Below the pieces are notes generated by a model that ran no database searches, was not told where the DNA came from, and saw nothing but the letters and a program-made list of their open reading frames with translations. Below, in pieces: positions 47,060 through 59,770 of a stretch of DNA of 60,000 nucleotides; position 1 is the first letter of the stretch; every line of letters starts with the position of its first letter. The position numbers and the translations under genes are program-made. The DNA is taken from NCBI RefSeq assembly GCF_018350175.1, contig NC_058368.1, positions 206,772,001 through 206,832,000 on the forward strand. The letters run 5' to 3'. Source of the stretch: Felis catus (lineage: Eukaryota).

Positions 47060-50000
47060 TCCTCATTTGAGTGAAATCATATGCTTTTTGTCTTTCTCTG
47101 ACTAATTTCACTTAGCATAATACCCTCCAGTTCCATCCACGTAGTTGCAAATGGCAAGATTTCATCTTTTTGATTGCCAAGTAATCCCCCTTTGTGTATA
47201 TATACCACATCTTCTTTATCCATTCATCCATCGATGGCCTTCTGGGCTCTTTGCATAATTTGGCTCTTATCGATAGTGCTGTTATAAACATTGGGGTGCA
47301 TGTGTCCCTTCAAAATAGCACACCTATATTCCGTGGATAAATGCCTAGTAGTGCAATTGCTGGATTGTAAGGTAGTTCTATTTTTAGTTTTTTGAGGAAC
47401 CTCCGTACTATTTTCCAGAGTGGCTGCACCAGCTTGCATTGCTGCCAACAATGCAAAAGAGATCCTCTTTCTCAACATCCTTGCCAACATCTATTGTTGC
47501 CTGAGTTGTTAATGTTAGCCATTCTGACAGGTCTAAGGTGGTATCTCATTGTGGTTTTGATTTGTATTTCCCTGATGATGAGTGATGTTGAGCATTTTTT
47601 CATGTGTCGGTTGGCCATCTGGATGTCTTCTTTGGAGAAGTGTCTATTCATGTCTTTCGCCCATTTTTTCACTGAATTATTTGTTTTTTGGGTGTTGAGT
47701 TTGATAAATTCTTTATAGATTTTGGATACTAACCCTTTATCTGATACGTCATTTGCAAATATCATCTCCCATTCTGTCGGTTGCCTTTTAGTTTTGCTGA
47801 TGGTTTCCTTCACTGTGCAGAAGCTTTTTGTTTTGATGAGGTCCCAGTAGTTCATTTTTGCTTTTGTTTCCCTTGCCTTCAGAGACGTGTTGAGTAAGAA
47901 GTTGCTGCGGGCCAGATCAAAAAGGTTATTTCCTGCTTTCTCCTCGAGGATTTTCATGGCTTCCTGTCTTACATTGAGGTCTTTCATCCATTTTGAGTTT
48001 ATTTTTGTGTATGGTGTAAGAAAGTGGTCCAGGTTCAATCTTCCACATGTCACTGTCCAGTTTTCCCAGCACCACATGCTGAAGAGACTGTCTTTATTCC
48101 ATTGGATATTCTTTCCTGCTTTGTCAAAGATGAGTTGGCCATACGTTTGTGGGTCCATTTCTGGGTTCTCTGTTCTGTTCCATTGATCTAAGTGTCTGTT
48201 CTTGTGCCAGTACTGTACTGTCTTGATGATTACAGCTTTGTAGTATAGCTTGAAGTCTGGGATTGTGATGCCTCCTGCTTTGATTTTCTTTTTCAAGACC
48301 GCTTTGTCTATTCAGGGTCTTTTCTAGTTCCATAGAGATTTTAGGATTATTTGTTTTAGCTCTGTGAAGAATGCCGGTGTTATTTTCATAGGGATTGCAT
48401 TGAATATGTAGATTACTTTGGGTAGTATCGACAGTTTAACAATATTTGTTCTTCCTATCCAGGAGCATGGAATATTTTTCCATTTCTTTGTGTCTTCTTC
48501 AATTTCTTTCATCAACTTTCTTTAGTTTTCAGTGTATAGATTTTTCAGTTGTTTAGTTAGATTTATTCCTAGGTATTTTATGGTTTTTTGTGGAACTGTA
48601 AATGTAAATGATTCCTTGATTTCTCTTTCTGTTGCTTCATTGTTGGTGTATAGGGATGCAACTGATTTCTGTGCATTGATTTTATATCCTGCAACTTTGC
48701 TGAATTCATGAGTCAATTCTAGCAGTTTTTTGGTGGAATCTTTTGGGTTTTCCATATAGAGTATCATGTCACCTACAAAGAGTGAAAGTTTGACCTCCTC
48801 CTGACCTATTTGGATGCCTTTTATTTCTTTGTGTTGTCTGATTGTAGAGGCTAAGACTTCCAATACTATGTTGAATAACAGTGGCGAGAGTGGACATCCC
48901 TGTCTTGTTCCCGACTTTAGGGGGACAGCTCTCAGTTTTTCCCCATTGAGGATGATATTAGCGTTGGGTCTTTCATATATGGCTTTTATGATCTCGAGGT
49001 ATGCTCCTTCTATCCCTACTATCTTGAGGGTTTTTATCAAGAAAGGATGCTGTATTTTGTCAAATGGTTTCTCTGCATCTACTGAGAGGATCATATGGTT
49101 CTTGTCCTTTCTTTTATTGATGTGATGAATCATATTAATTTTTTTGCAGATATTGAACCGGCCCTGCATCACAGGTATAAATCCCACTTGGTTGTGGTGA
49201 ATAATTTTTTTAATGTATTGTTGGATCCAGTTGGCTAATATCTTGTTGAGGATTTTTGTATCCATTTTCATCAGGGAAATTGGTCTATAGTTCTCCTTTT
49301 TAGTGGGGTCTTAGTCTGGTTTTGGAATCAAGGTAATGCTGGCTTCATAGAAAGAGTTTGGAAGTTTTCCTTCCATTTCTATTTTTTGGAACAGTTTCAA
49401 GAGAATAGATGTTAACTCTTCCTTAAATGTTTGGTAGAATTCCCCTGGAAAGCCATCCGGCCCTGGACTCTTGTGTTTTGGCAGATTTTTGATTACTAAT
49501 TTGATTTCCTTACTGGTTATGGGTCTGTTCAAATTTTCTATTTCTTCCTGTTTCAGCTTGGTAGTGTATATGTTTCTAGGAATTTGTCCATTTTTTCCAG
49601 ATTACCCATTTTATTGGCATATAATTGCTCATAATATTCTCTTATTGTTTGTACTTCTGCTGTGTTGGTTGTGATCTCTCCTCTTTCATTCTTGATTTTA
49701 TTTATTAGGTCCTTTCCTTTTTCTTTTTGATCAAACTGGCTAGTGGTTTATCAGTTTTGTTAATTCTTTCAAAGAACCAGTTTCTGGTTTTATTCATCTG
49801 TTCTACTGTTGTTGTTTTTTTTGTTTGTTTGTTTCGATAGCATTAATTTCTGCTCTAATCTTTATTATTTCCTGTCTTCTGCTGGTTTGGCGTTTTATTT
49901 GCTGTTCTTTTTCCAGCTCCTTAAGGCGTAAAGTTAGGTTGTGTATCTGAGATCTTCCTTCCTTCTTTAGGAAGGCCTGGATTGCTATATACTTTCCCCT

Positions 50001-50876
50001 TATGACCAACTTTGCTGAGTCCCAGAGGTTTTGGGTTGTGGTGTTATCATTTTCATTGACTTCCATATACTTTTTAATTTACTCTTTAACTTCTTGGTTA
50101 GCCCATTCATTCTTTAGTAGGATGTTCTTCAGTCTGCAAGTATTTGTTACCTTTCCTAATTTTTTCTTGTGGTTGATTATGAGTTTCATAGTGTTGTGGT
50201 CTGAAAATATGCATGATATGATCTTGATCTTTTTGTACTTATTTAGGGCTGATTTGTGTCCCAGTATATGGTCTATTCTGGAGAACGTTCCATGTGCACT
50301 GGAGAAGAATGTATATTCTGCTGCTTTAGGATGAAATGTTCTGAATGTATCTGTAAGTCCATCTGGTCCAGTGTGTCATTCAAAGCCATTGTTTCCTTGT
50401 TGATTTTTTGATTAGATGATCTGTCCATTGCTGTGAGTGGGGTGTTGAAGTCTCCTACTATTATGGTATTACTATCAATGAGTTTATTTATGTTTGTGAT
50501 TAATTGATTTATATATTTGGGTGCTGCCACATTTGGCGCATTAATGTTTACAATTGTTAGGTCTTCTTGGTCTATAGACACCTTGATCATGATATAATGC
50601 CCTTCTTCATCTCTTGATACAGTCTTTAAAGTCTAGATTGTCTGATATAAGTATGGCTACTCCAGCTTTCTTTTGTTCACCATTAGCATGATAGGTGGTT
50701 CTCCATCCCCTTACTTTAAATCTGAATGTATCTTTAGTTCTAAAGTGGGTCTCTTGCAAACAGCATATTGATGGATCTTGTTTTCTTATCCATTCTGTTA
50801 CCCTATGTCTTTTGATTGGAGCATTTAGTCCATCAACATTTAGAGTGACTACTGAAAGATATGAATTTATTGCCAT
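47060..50876 (-). pseudogene. L1 ORF2 (APE endonuclease plus reverse transcriptase), disrupted
   Basis: [65 protein letters not shown] motif FADD reads FVGD; broken into many ORF pieces. Confidence 0.95.
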
Positions 50877-50941
50877 TATGATGCTTGTAGAGTTACAGTT
50901 TCTGGTGGTGGTCTCTGGTCCTTTCTTATCTTTATTGCTTT

Positions 50942-50943
<2 letters not shown>

Positions 50944-50986
<43 letters not shown>
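50944..50986. repeat. (TA)n in the L1 inter-ORF spacer
   Basis: Direct reading. Confidence 0.95.
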
Positions 50987-50990
<4 letters not shown>

Positions 50991-51004
50991 CATCTTTTCT
51001 CCCC

Positions 51005-52111
51005 TCAGAGAGTCCCCCTTAAAATTTCTTGCAGGGCTCGTTTAGTGGTCACATACTTCTTTAAGTTTTGTTTGTCTGGGAAACTTTCTATCTCTCCTAT
51101 TTTGAATGACAGCCTTGCTGGATAAAGAATTCTTGGCTGTATATTTTTGTGATTCAGCACACTGAATATATCCTGCCACCCCTTTCTGGCCTGCCAAATT
51201 TCTGTGGATAGGTCTGCTGCAAACCTGATCTGTCTTCCCTTGTAGGTTAGGGACTTTTTTCCCTTGCTGCTTTCATGATTTTTCTCCTTGCTTGAGTATT
51301 TTGTGAATTTGACTATGATATGCCTTCTTGATGGTCGCTTTTTGTTGAATATAATGGGGGTCCTCTGTGCTTCCTGGATTTTGATGTCTGTGTCTTTCCC
51401 CAGGTTAGGAAAGTTTTCTGCTATGATTTGCTCACATAACCCTTCTACCCCTATTTCTCTCTTCCTCCTCTGGGACCCCTATGATTCTGATGTTGTTCCT
51501 TTTTAATGAGTCACTGATTTCTCTAATTCTTAAATCGTGCTCTTTTGCCTTAATCTCCCTCTTTTTTTCTGCTTCATTATTATTCTCTCTAAGTTTTTCC
51601 TCTATATCGCGGATTCTCTGTTCTACCTCATCCATCCTTGCCACTGTTGCATCCATCCGTGATTGCAGCTCAGTTATAGCATTTTTTATTTCATTCTGGC
51701 TATTTTTTACTTCTTTTATTTCTGCAGAAAGGGATTCTAATCTATTTCCGTTTTTTTTAAATGTTTATTTATTTTTGAGACAGAGAGAGACAGAGCATGA
51801 ATGGGGGAGGGGCAGAGAGAGAGGGAGACACAGAATCTGAAGCAGGCTCCAGGCTCTGAGCCATCAGCCCAGAGCCTGACGCAGGGCTCGAACTCACGAA
51901 CCGTGAGATCGTGACCTGAGCTGAAGTCGGACGCTCAACCGACTGAGCCACCCAGGCGCCCTTCTAATCTATTTTCAACTGCAGCTAGTTTTCTTATCAT
52001 TGTGATTCTAAATTCTGGTTAGGACATCTTGCTTGTATCTGTGTTGGTTAAATCCCTGTCTCTCGTTTCTTCGTGCTCTTTCTTTTGGGGTCAATTTCTT
52101 CGTTTTGTCAT
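51005..52111 (-). pseudogene. L1 ORF1, disrupted
   Basis: ATG ACA AAA CGA AGA AAT TGA (stop at codon 7); coiled-coil piece ending LREISDSLKRNNIRIIGVPEEEE; SINE insertion. Confidence 0.9.
51748..51961 (-). mobile_element. Can-SINE nested in L1 ORF1
   Basis: TSD TTCTAATCTATTT at 51735 and 51962. Confidence 0.96.
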
Positions 52112-52859
52112 TTTGAAGGGAGAAACGGAATTAATAAGGTAGAAAATTGAAATAAAAAATTAAAATTAAAAAAAAATTAAATTTAAAAATTAAAAACACA
52201 CACACAGAAAAATCGAATAGATGATGCTAGATCCTAGATGTATTTTGGTCTGGGTGTTGAAAGTTGTTTGACAGATTAGAGAAACAAATGAACAAAAAAA
52301 AAGGGGGGGGAGAAAAAAAAAGGGAAATAGTTTGGGAATTTGAAAAAATTAATACACTGAAGTACACTAAAATGAGATGATGGGAGTAAAATAGAATGTG
52401 AAGAAATATACACGAAAGTAAAGAATATAGAAGAAAAAAATTAAAGAAAAATATTTTTAATAAAAATTTAAAATAAATATGAATTTTTTCGTTTTCTGTA
52501 TTTAAGAAAAAAGAAAAGAAATGAAAAAGAAAAAAGATTCAAAAAAAGAAAAGATAAAAAGAAAAGAAAAAATAAATCGTTTGAAAATTTGAAAAAGTGA
52601 ATATACTGTAGTAGACTAAAATAAAACGATGGAAGTAAGATAGAATTTGAAAAACTTTACATAAAAGCGAAACATATAGTAATACAAATTAAATAAAAAT
52701 ATTTTTTAGAGAAAGTAAAAATGAAGTTTTTCTCTTTCTGTATTCCAGAAAAAGTATTGTACAAGAGAAAAAGAAAAAAGAAAAAAAGAAAAAAATTGAA
52801 TAGATGAAACTGCTAACAGATTGAAGTAGAACTGAAATTGTTTTGTTTTCCCCTAGAAG

Positions 52860-54044
52860 TGTCTATGTAGCTCTTTATAGTACATAAATTAAGCTGGCAG
52901 TGAGGATTGTGTTCTTGAAGAGCGAAGTTGGCCCAGTTGGGTGGGGCTCAGTGTAACAGCTCTGCTCTCCACTAGATGGCGCTGCTAGCCTACTGGGGTG
53001 GATTGTTGCGACCTCGTAGGTGCATATGCACGTGCGCGAGAGCGGTGAAAATGGCGCCACCCAACTACCCAGTCTGTTTTCCCGGATCAGCAATTGCGCA
53101 CTTGTCGTCTGTCTTCAGCTCTCGTCCACTCCCCGCTTTTTCACTCTCTGTGACCAGGCCCCAGGCAGTACCTCTCTCCCAAGTTTTGTCTCAGATGCGG
53201 CTGTTTTCCCCGGCCCCTTACTTCTGAAGTACTGCGGCTTTGACCCGTTCCACCCGTGGGAGGGTCTCACCGAGCAATGGCCGAATATCGGCTGCACCCA
53301 GGAATGCCCGCTGGACTGAGACTGTGGCCAGGTGCCAGCCCACCCCAGCTTACCCAAAGTTCATGAGACAGTGTAGCAGCAGCATTTCAGGGATTATGGA
53401 AAATCACAACACACATCTGGCACCAGGCTTCACCCTTAATGACCTAGTTCCAGCACCAGTGAATGTGGCTGCCTTCTGGGGTCTGCTGGGACCAGGTGGC
53501 TTCAACAGTCTCTACCAAATGTCCTTCCAGCAGTGGAACCGGTTTTCCCCATGTGGCCCGAGAACCTCCTGGACCCCACTGTATTCCTGGAGAATCGCCC
53601 TTCACAACAGAGCCCTGCCGGGTATTGAGCTACAGAGTTTCAGCCTTTGTGCTCCCCTTGTTTACAGTCTTAATGGAATTAAAACCCTCTCCTTTCTCCT
53701 TTCTCCCTTTTTAGTTTAGTCCCTGCGGCTGTTTTCAATTTTCCACTTTCTCTCCAGCTGCTTTTGGGGAGGGGTGCTTTTCCCATATTCTCCCCCGCCT
53801 CCCATCTCTGTCCTTTCTCCACCTGCAAACGTGGTTCCCTACCTTTCATGGCTTCTCGCTCTCCAAGTTCAGCTCTCCGCACCGTGTACCTGCTGAATTC
53901 TGTGGTCAGGTTGTGCAGGTTGTGTTAATCCTCCAGTCAGTTTTCTAGGTGTGTAGGATGATTTAGTGTTGGTCTGGCTGTATTTCATGGACGCAAGACA
54001 TACAAAAAGCCTCCATGCTGTTCCGCCATCTTGGCTCCTCCTCC
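52860..54044 (-). promoter_or_regulatory. L1 5'UTR internal promoter region with YY1-type site
   Basis: CAAGATGGCG (minus, 54024-54033) at the element start; the main GC/CpG-enriched kilobase of the window. Confidence 0.7.
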
Positions 54045-54224
54045 TGTACATTTTTATTTAAATATATTCCCATGTACTTGACATTTTAATGGTATTGCTA
54101 ATGGCATCATTAGTATTATACATAGTTGTGACTAATATATGGAAATCAGTGAGTTTTTGGTATCTTGATTGATCATGTAGTCAGTAACCTTACTAAATTT
54201 ACTATTTCAAAATATTTGTTTGGA

Positions 54225-54870
54225 AAAAACAGGGAATTAGAATAAGTACAAAGAATACTACAAAGTACTCCTAAATATCCACCAATTGTTAATATTTTTC
54301 CACGTTTGTTTTATCATTTTTTCTGCATATAAAAGTGCCTCTTAATATTTAACATCAATTATTCTTGTTGCTGTTGTTCAGTTACTTAAGAATAAACTAT
54401 AGACATCAGGAAAATGACTAAATAGTGCTGTCTTTATGTCTTAAAAATGAGGACATTTTCTTAAATAAAAAAAGTAAAAAAATAAAGCTCACTAAATTTA
54501 ATTTTCATACAGTACTATTACCTAATGTTCACTGTATTATCAAATTTCATGAATTATGCCTGTAATGTCCTTTTTAACAATTTTATTTTTCCTGATCCCG
54601 GATCCAGTCAAGGATCACACATTGTGTCTAGATATAATGTCTCCTTAGTATTCTCTGACCTGTAACAGTCCCTCACCCTTTGTTTGTCTTTCATGACAAT
54701 GGAATTTTTGAGGAATACAGACCTGTCATTTTGTGGAATAGTCCATAACTTTTGTTTGAATACTTCCTATGATTACATTCAAATTATTCATTTTTCGTAG
54801 AAACCACATGAATCATGTAATCTTGTCCATGAATCACAATAGGAAAAATATAATGCTAATTTGTCTCATT
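54225..54870 (-). mobile_element. Old L1MC-type 3' region
   Basis: CACCAATTGTTAATATTT...GATCCAGTCAAGGATCACACATTG...TGTCTTTCATGACA...TTTTTGAGGAATACAG. Confidence 0.75.
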
Positions 54871-55248
54871 ATTGATTATATGAATTACATGTTGATATAT
54901 AATATTTTGGAGGTGTGGAGCCTTGATGGCTCAGTCAGTTAAGTGTCCTACTTTTGATTTTGTCTCAAGTCATGATCTCATGGTTTGTGAGTTAGAGCCC
55001 CGCATTGGGCTCTGTGCTGACAGTGTGGACTCTACTTGGGATTCTCTCTCCCTTTCTCTTTGCCTCACCCCTGCTCATGTTCTCTTTCTCTCAAAAAAAA
55101 ATTAAGCATTAAAAAAAATAATATTTTGGATGTATTGAATTATAAATATATTGCTAATGTCAACTTTACCTGTCTCCTTTTTAGTATGGTTTCTAGATAA
55201 TTTAAATTATACACATGGCTTGCATTGTATGTCTATTGGACAGGGGTA
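54871..55248 (-). mobile_element. MER33-like hAT-Charlie fragment split by a SINE
   Basis: TTACATGTTGA..ATAATATTTTGGA..TTTAAATTATACACATGGCTTGCATTGTATGTCTATTGGACAG. Confidence 0.75.
54912..55117 (+). mobile_element. Can-SINE (SINEC)
   Basis: Perfect TSD ATAATATTTTGGA at 54899 and 55118. Confidence 0.93.
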
Positions 55249-55249
55249 C

Positions 55250-55719
55250 CTTACAGCATCCACTAAAAATATAAAACAAAGAGTTATACATAATAAACAG
55301 CTAATAAAACAAAAACTATATCTACAAGTAGGTAGGAAAAGAAGAAAAAGGAAGACAAAAGTATGGGAAAATAGAAAACAAATAACAAGATGATAGATTC
55401 AAACTCAACTGTACTGATAATTACTCAAATGTAATGTTCCAAATAATCCAATGAAAATTTAGAGAATGTCAATTTGGTGAAAAAAGCATGATCCACCTAA
55501 ATGTATTTTATAAGAAATCCTCTTTAAATATAAAGACATCCATATGTATAAAGGCAAATTGATGAAAAAGGAAATACTTTGCAACTACCAATCATAGGAG
55601 AACTGGAATGGCAATGCTAATATCAAACAAGACATTGGGACAAAGAATACTATAAGACATAAAGACATAAGGATGAAGAATCAATTCCTTAGGAAGATAT
55701 AATGATTCTGAAGGTATAT
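55250..55719 (+). mobile_element. Old L1 fragment (inter-ORF and ORF2 start)
   Basis: ATAGAAAACAAATAACAAGATGATAGATTCAAAC...ATAATTACTCAAATGTAA...TTTAAATATAAAGACA. Confidence 0.7.
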
Positions 55720-58700
55720 TTTTTCCTTTTTTCTTTTATTTAAATTTTAGTTATTTAACATACAGTTCAATATTGGTTTCAGGAGTAGAATTCAGTGATT
55801 CATTACTTACATACAATACACAGTGCTCATCCCAACAAATGCCCTCCTTAATACCCATCACTCATCAAGCCCACTCCCCCTCCATCAACCCATGGTTTGT
55901 TCTCTATCATTAAGAGTCTCTTGTGGTTTGTTTCCCTCTCTTCACCACCTCCCCTCATATATTCCTCTGTTTTGTTTCTTAAATTCCACATGAATGAAAT
56001 CATATGGTGTTTGTCTTTATCTGACTGACTTATTTCGCTTAGCATAATACAGTCTAGTTCCATCCATGTCAACACAAATGGTAAGATTGTATTCTTTTTG
56101 ATGGCTGAATAATATTCCATTGCATTTATACACCACATCTTCTTTATCCATTCATCAGTTGATGGACATTTAGGCTCTGCTGTCTCCATAATTTGGTTGT
56201 TGTTGATAATGCTGCTATAAACATTGGGGTACATGTACCTCTTCAAATCTATATTTTTGTATCCTTTGGGTAAATCCCTAATAGTGCAATTGCTGGGTTA
56301 TAGGGTAGTTCTAGTTTTACTTTCTTGAGGAACCTCCATACTGTTCTCCAGGGCGGCTGCACTAGTTTGCATTCCCACCAACAGTGCAAGAGGGTTTCCC
56401 CTTCTCCAAGTCCTTGTCAGCACCTGTTGTTTCTTGTGTTATTCATTTTGACCATTCTGACAGGTGTGAGATGATATCTCATCATGGTTTGGATTTGTAT
56501 TTCCCTGATGATGAGTGATGTTGAGCATCTTCTCACGTGTCTGTTGGCCATCTGCATGGCTTCTTTGGAAAATTTCTATTCATGTCTTCTGACCATTTCT
56601 TAACTGGGCTATTTGTTTTTTGGGTGTTGAATTTGATAAGGTCTTTATAGATTTTGGATACCAACCCTTTGTCAGATATGTCATTTGCAAATATCTTCTC
56701 CCATTCTATAGGCTGCCTTTTAGTTTTGTTGATTGTTTCCTTTACTGTTCAGAAGCCTTTTATCTCGATGAAGTCCCAATAGTTCATGTTTGTTTTTGTT
56801 TCCCTTGCCTTTGGCAACTTGTCTAGTAAGAAGTTGCTGTGGCCAAGGTCAAAGAGGTTGCTGCCTGTGTTCTCCTCTAGGATTTTTATGGTTTCCTGCC
56901 TCACATTTAGGTCTTTCATCCATTTTAAATTTATTTTTTTCCATGGTGTAAGAAAGTAGTCCAGCTTCATTCTTCTGCATGTTGCTGTCCAGTTTTCCCA
57001 ATACCATTTGTTGAAGAGACTATTTTGTAATTGGATATTTTTTCCTGCTTTGTTGTAGATGAGATGACCATATACTTGTGGGTCCATTTTTGGGTTTTCT
57101 ATTTGTTCCATTGATCTATGTGTCTGTTTTTGTGCCAGTACCATACTGTCTTAATGACTACAATTTACAATATAGTTTGAAATCCAGAATCCTGATGCCT
57201 CCAGTTTTGTTTTTCTTTTTCAGGATTGCTTTGACTATTCAAGGTCTTTTGTGATTCCATACAAATTTAGGACTGTTTGTTCTAGCTCTGTGAAAAATGC
57301 TCATGGTATTTTAATAGGGATTTAATTAAATGTGTACATTGTTTTCAGTAGTATAGACATTTTAATAATGTTTCTTCTTCCAATCCATGAGCATGGAATG
57401 CTTTTCCATTTCTTTGTGTCCTCTTCAGTTTCTTTCATAAGTGTTTAACAGTTTTCAGAGCATAGATCTTTTACCTCTTTAGTTAGGTTTATTCCTAGGT
57501 ATCTTTTTTTTAAGTTTATTTATTTATTTTGAGACAGAGAGAGGGGGGCAGGGAATGAGGGAGGGAGAGAGAGAAAATCCCAAGCAGATTCCACACTGTA
57601 TCATTGAGCCCAACATAGGGCTTGAACTCAGGAACCATGAGATCATGACCTGAGCCAAAACCAGGATTTGGTTGCTTAATTGACTACGCCACCCAGTCAC
57701 CCTTATTCATAGATATCTTAGTGTTTTTGTTGCGGTTGCAAATGGGATTGATTTCTTGATTTCTTTTTCTGATGGTTCATTATTGGTGCACAGAAATTCA
57801 ATAGATTTCTGCACGTTGATTTTGTATCCGGTGACTTTGCTGAATTCATGTATTAGTTCTAGCAGGTTTTTAGTGGAGTCTTTCAGGTTTTCTACATAGA
57901 GTATTATGTTGTCTGGAAATAGTGAAAGTTTGACTTCTACCTTGCAGATTTGGATGCCTTTCATTTCTTTTTGTTGTCTGATTGCTGAAGCTAAGACTTC
58001 CAGTACTATGTTAAGTAGTAATGGTGAGCAATTGTTTTGTTCCTGGCCATAGGGGAAAGGCTTTCAGTTTTTCCCCACTGAGGATGATATTTTCTGTGGG
58101 TCTTTCATATATGTCCTTTATGATGTTGAGGTATGTTACATGCATCCCTACTTTGTTGAGGGTTTTCATCAAGAATGGATTCTGTATTTTGTCAAAAGCA
58201 CTGTCAAATGCTTTTTCTGTATCTATTGACAGGATCATATTGTTCTTATCCTTTGTTTTATTAATGTGTATCACATTGATTGATTTGCAAATATTGAACC
58301 AGACTTGTAGATCAGGAATAAATCCCACTTGATTATGGTGAATAGTTCTTTTAATGTACTGTTTAATTTGACTTGCTAGTATCTAGTTGAGAATTTTTGC
58401 ATCCAATTTCATCAGGGATATTGCCCTGTAATTTTCCTTCTTATTGGGGTCTTTGTTTTTGGAATCAAGGTAATGCTGTCTTCATAGCTTAGAAGTTTTC
58501 CTTCTATTTCTATTTTTTGGAAAAGTTTGAGAAGAATAAGTATTAACTCTTCTTTAAATGGCTGGTAGAATTTCCCTGGGAAGCCATCTGGTCCAGCACT
58601 CTTGTTTGTTGGGAGATTTTTTATTGCAGATTCAATTTCTTTGCTGGTTATGGGTCTGTTCAAATTTTCTATTTCTTCCTATTTCAGTTCTGGTAGTTTG

Positions 58701-59770
58701 TGAATTTCTAGGAATTTGTCCATTTCTTTAAGATTGCGCAGTTTGTAGGCATGTAAATTTTCATAGTACACTCTTATAATTACTTATACTTCTGTGGTGT
58801 TGGTTGTGATCACTCCTCTTTAATTCATTATTTTATCTATTCAGGTCCTTTCTCTTTTCTTTTTTATAAATCTGGCTAGGAGTTTATCAGTTTTGTTAAC
58901 TCTATCAAAGAATCAGCTCTTAGTTTCATTGATCAGTTCTACTGTTCTTTGTTTCTTTGTTTCTGTATCATGTGTTTCTGCTCTAATCTTTATCATTTCC
59001 CTTCTTCTGCTGGCTCTAGGCTTTATTTACTATTCTTTTTATAGCTCCTTTAGGTATAAGGTTGGGTTGTGTATTTGGGACCTTTCTTGCTTCTTGATAT
59101 AGGCCTGAATTGCCATATACATCTCTCTTAGGACTGCCTTTGCTGCATCCCAGAGGTTTCGGACTGTCATGTTTTCATTTCCATTTGCTTCCATGTATTT
59201 TTTCGTTTCTTCTTTAATTTCCTGATTGACCCTTTTATTCTTTAGTAGGATGTCCTTTAACCTCCATGTATTTGAGGACTTCCCAAATTTTTTCTTGTGG
59301 TTGATTTCAAGTTTCATAGTGGTGTGATCTGAAAATATGCATGGTATGATCTCAGTCTTTCTGTACTTGTTGAAGGCGATTTGTGACCAGTATGTGGTCT
59401 ATTCTGGGTAATTTTCCATATGCACTCAAAAAGAATATGTGTTTTGCTTCTTTAGGATGAAATATTCTAGATATGTCTGTTAAGTTTATCTGGTCCAGTG
59501 TGTCATTCAAAGCCATTGTTTCCTGGTTGATTTTCTGCCTAGATGATCTATCCATTGTAGTAAGTAGGGTAACATCTTTTATTATTACTGTATTATTATC
59601 AATGAGTTTCTTTATGTTTGTTATTAACTGATTTATTTATTTCGGTGTCCAAGTTGGGGGCATAAATATTTACAACTGTTAGATCTTCTTGATGGATAGA
59701 CCCCTTAATTAAAATATAATGCCCTTTTACATTTCTTGTTACAGTCTTTGTTTTAAAGTCTAGTTTGTCT
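55720..59770 (-). mobile_element. Carnivore L1 (ORF2 plus 3'UTR), degenerate, probably continuing beyond the window
   Basis: ORF pieces [48 protein letters not shown] (RT motif destroyed), WENWTATCRRMKLD. Confidence 0.95.
57506..57702 (-). mobile_element. Can-SINE nested in L1
   Basis: TSD TTATTC(C/A)TAG(G/A)TATCTT at 57489 and 57703. Confidence 0.93.

Larger units (their letters stand above)
46790..54044 (-). mobile_element. Full-length felid LINE-1 (about 7.25 kb including a nested SINE), inactive
   Basis: 5' end GGAGGAGGAGCCAAGATGGCGGAAC on minus, CpG-rich 5'UTR, ORF1, ORF2, 3'UTR, A-rich tail; TSD TGTACATTTT at 46780 and 54045. Confidence 0.97.

Noticed and set aside
47472..49271. Longest ORFs (274 and 249 aa) as a functional or domesticated RT gene
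   Set aside because: They are fragments of a frameshifted L1 ORF2 with the catalytic FADD changed to FVGD.
52875..54051. GC-rich ORF cluster and apparent CpG island suggesting a host gene promoter
   Set aside because: It lies wholly within the L1 5'UTR bounded by the TSD.
39260..56580. Segmental duplication as the explanation for the two similar L1s
   Set aside because: Flanking sequences are unrelated, the 39 kb copy has its own TSD, and high identity is confined to internal tracts.
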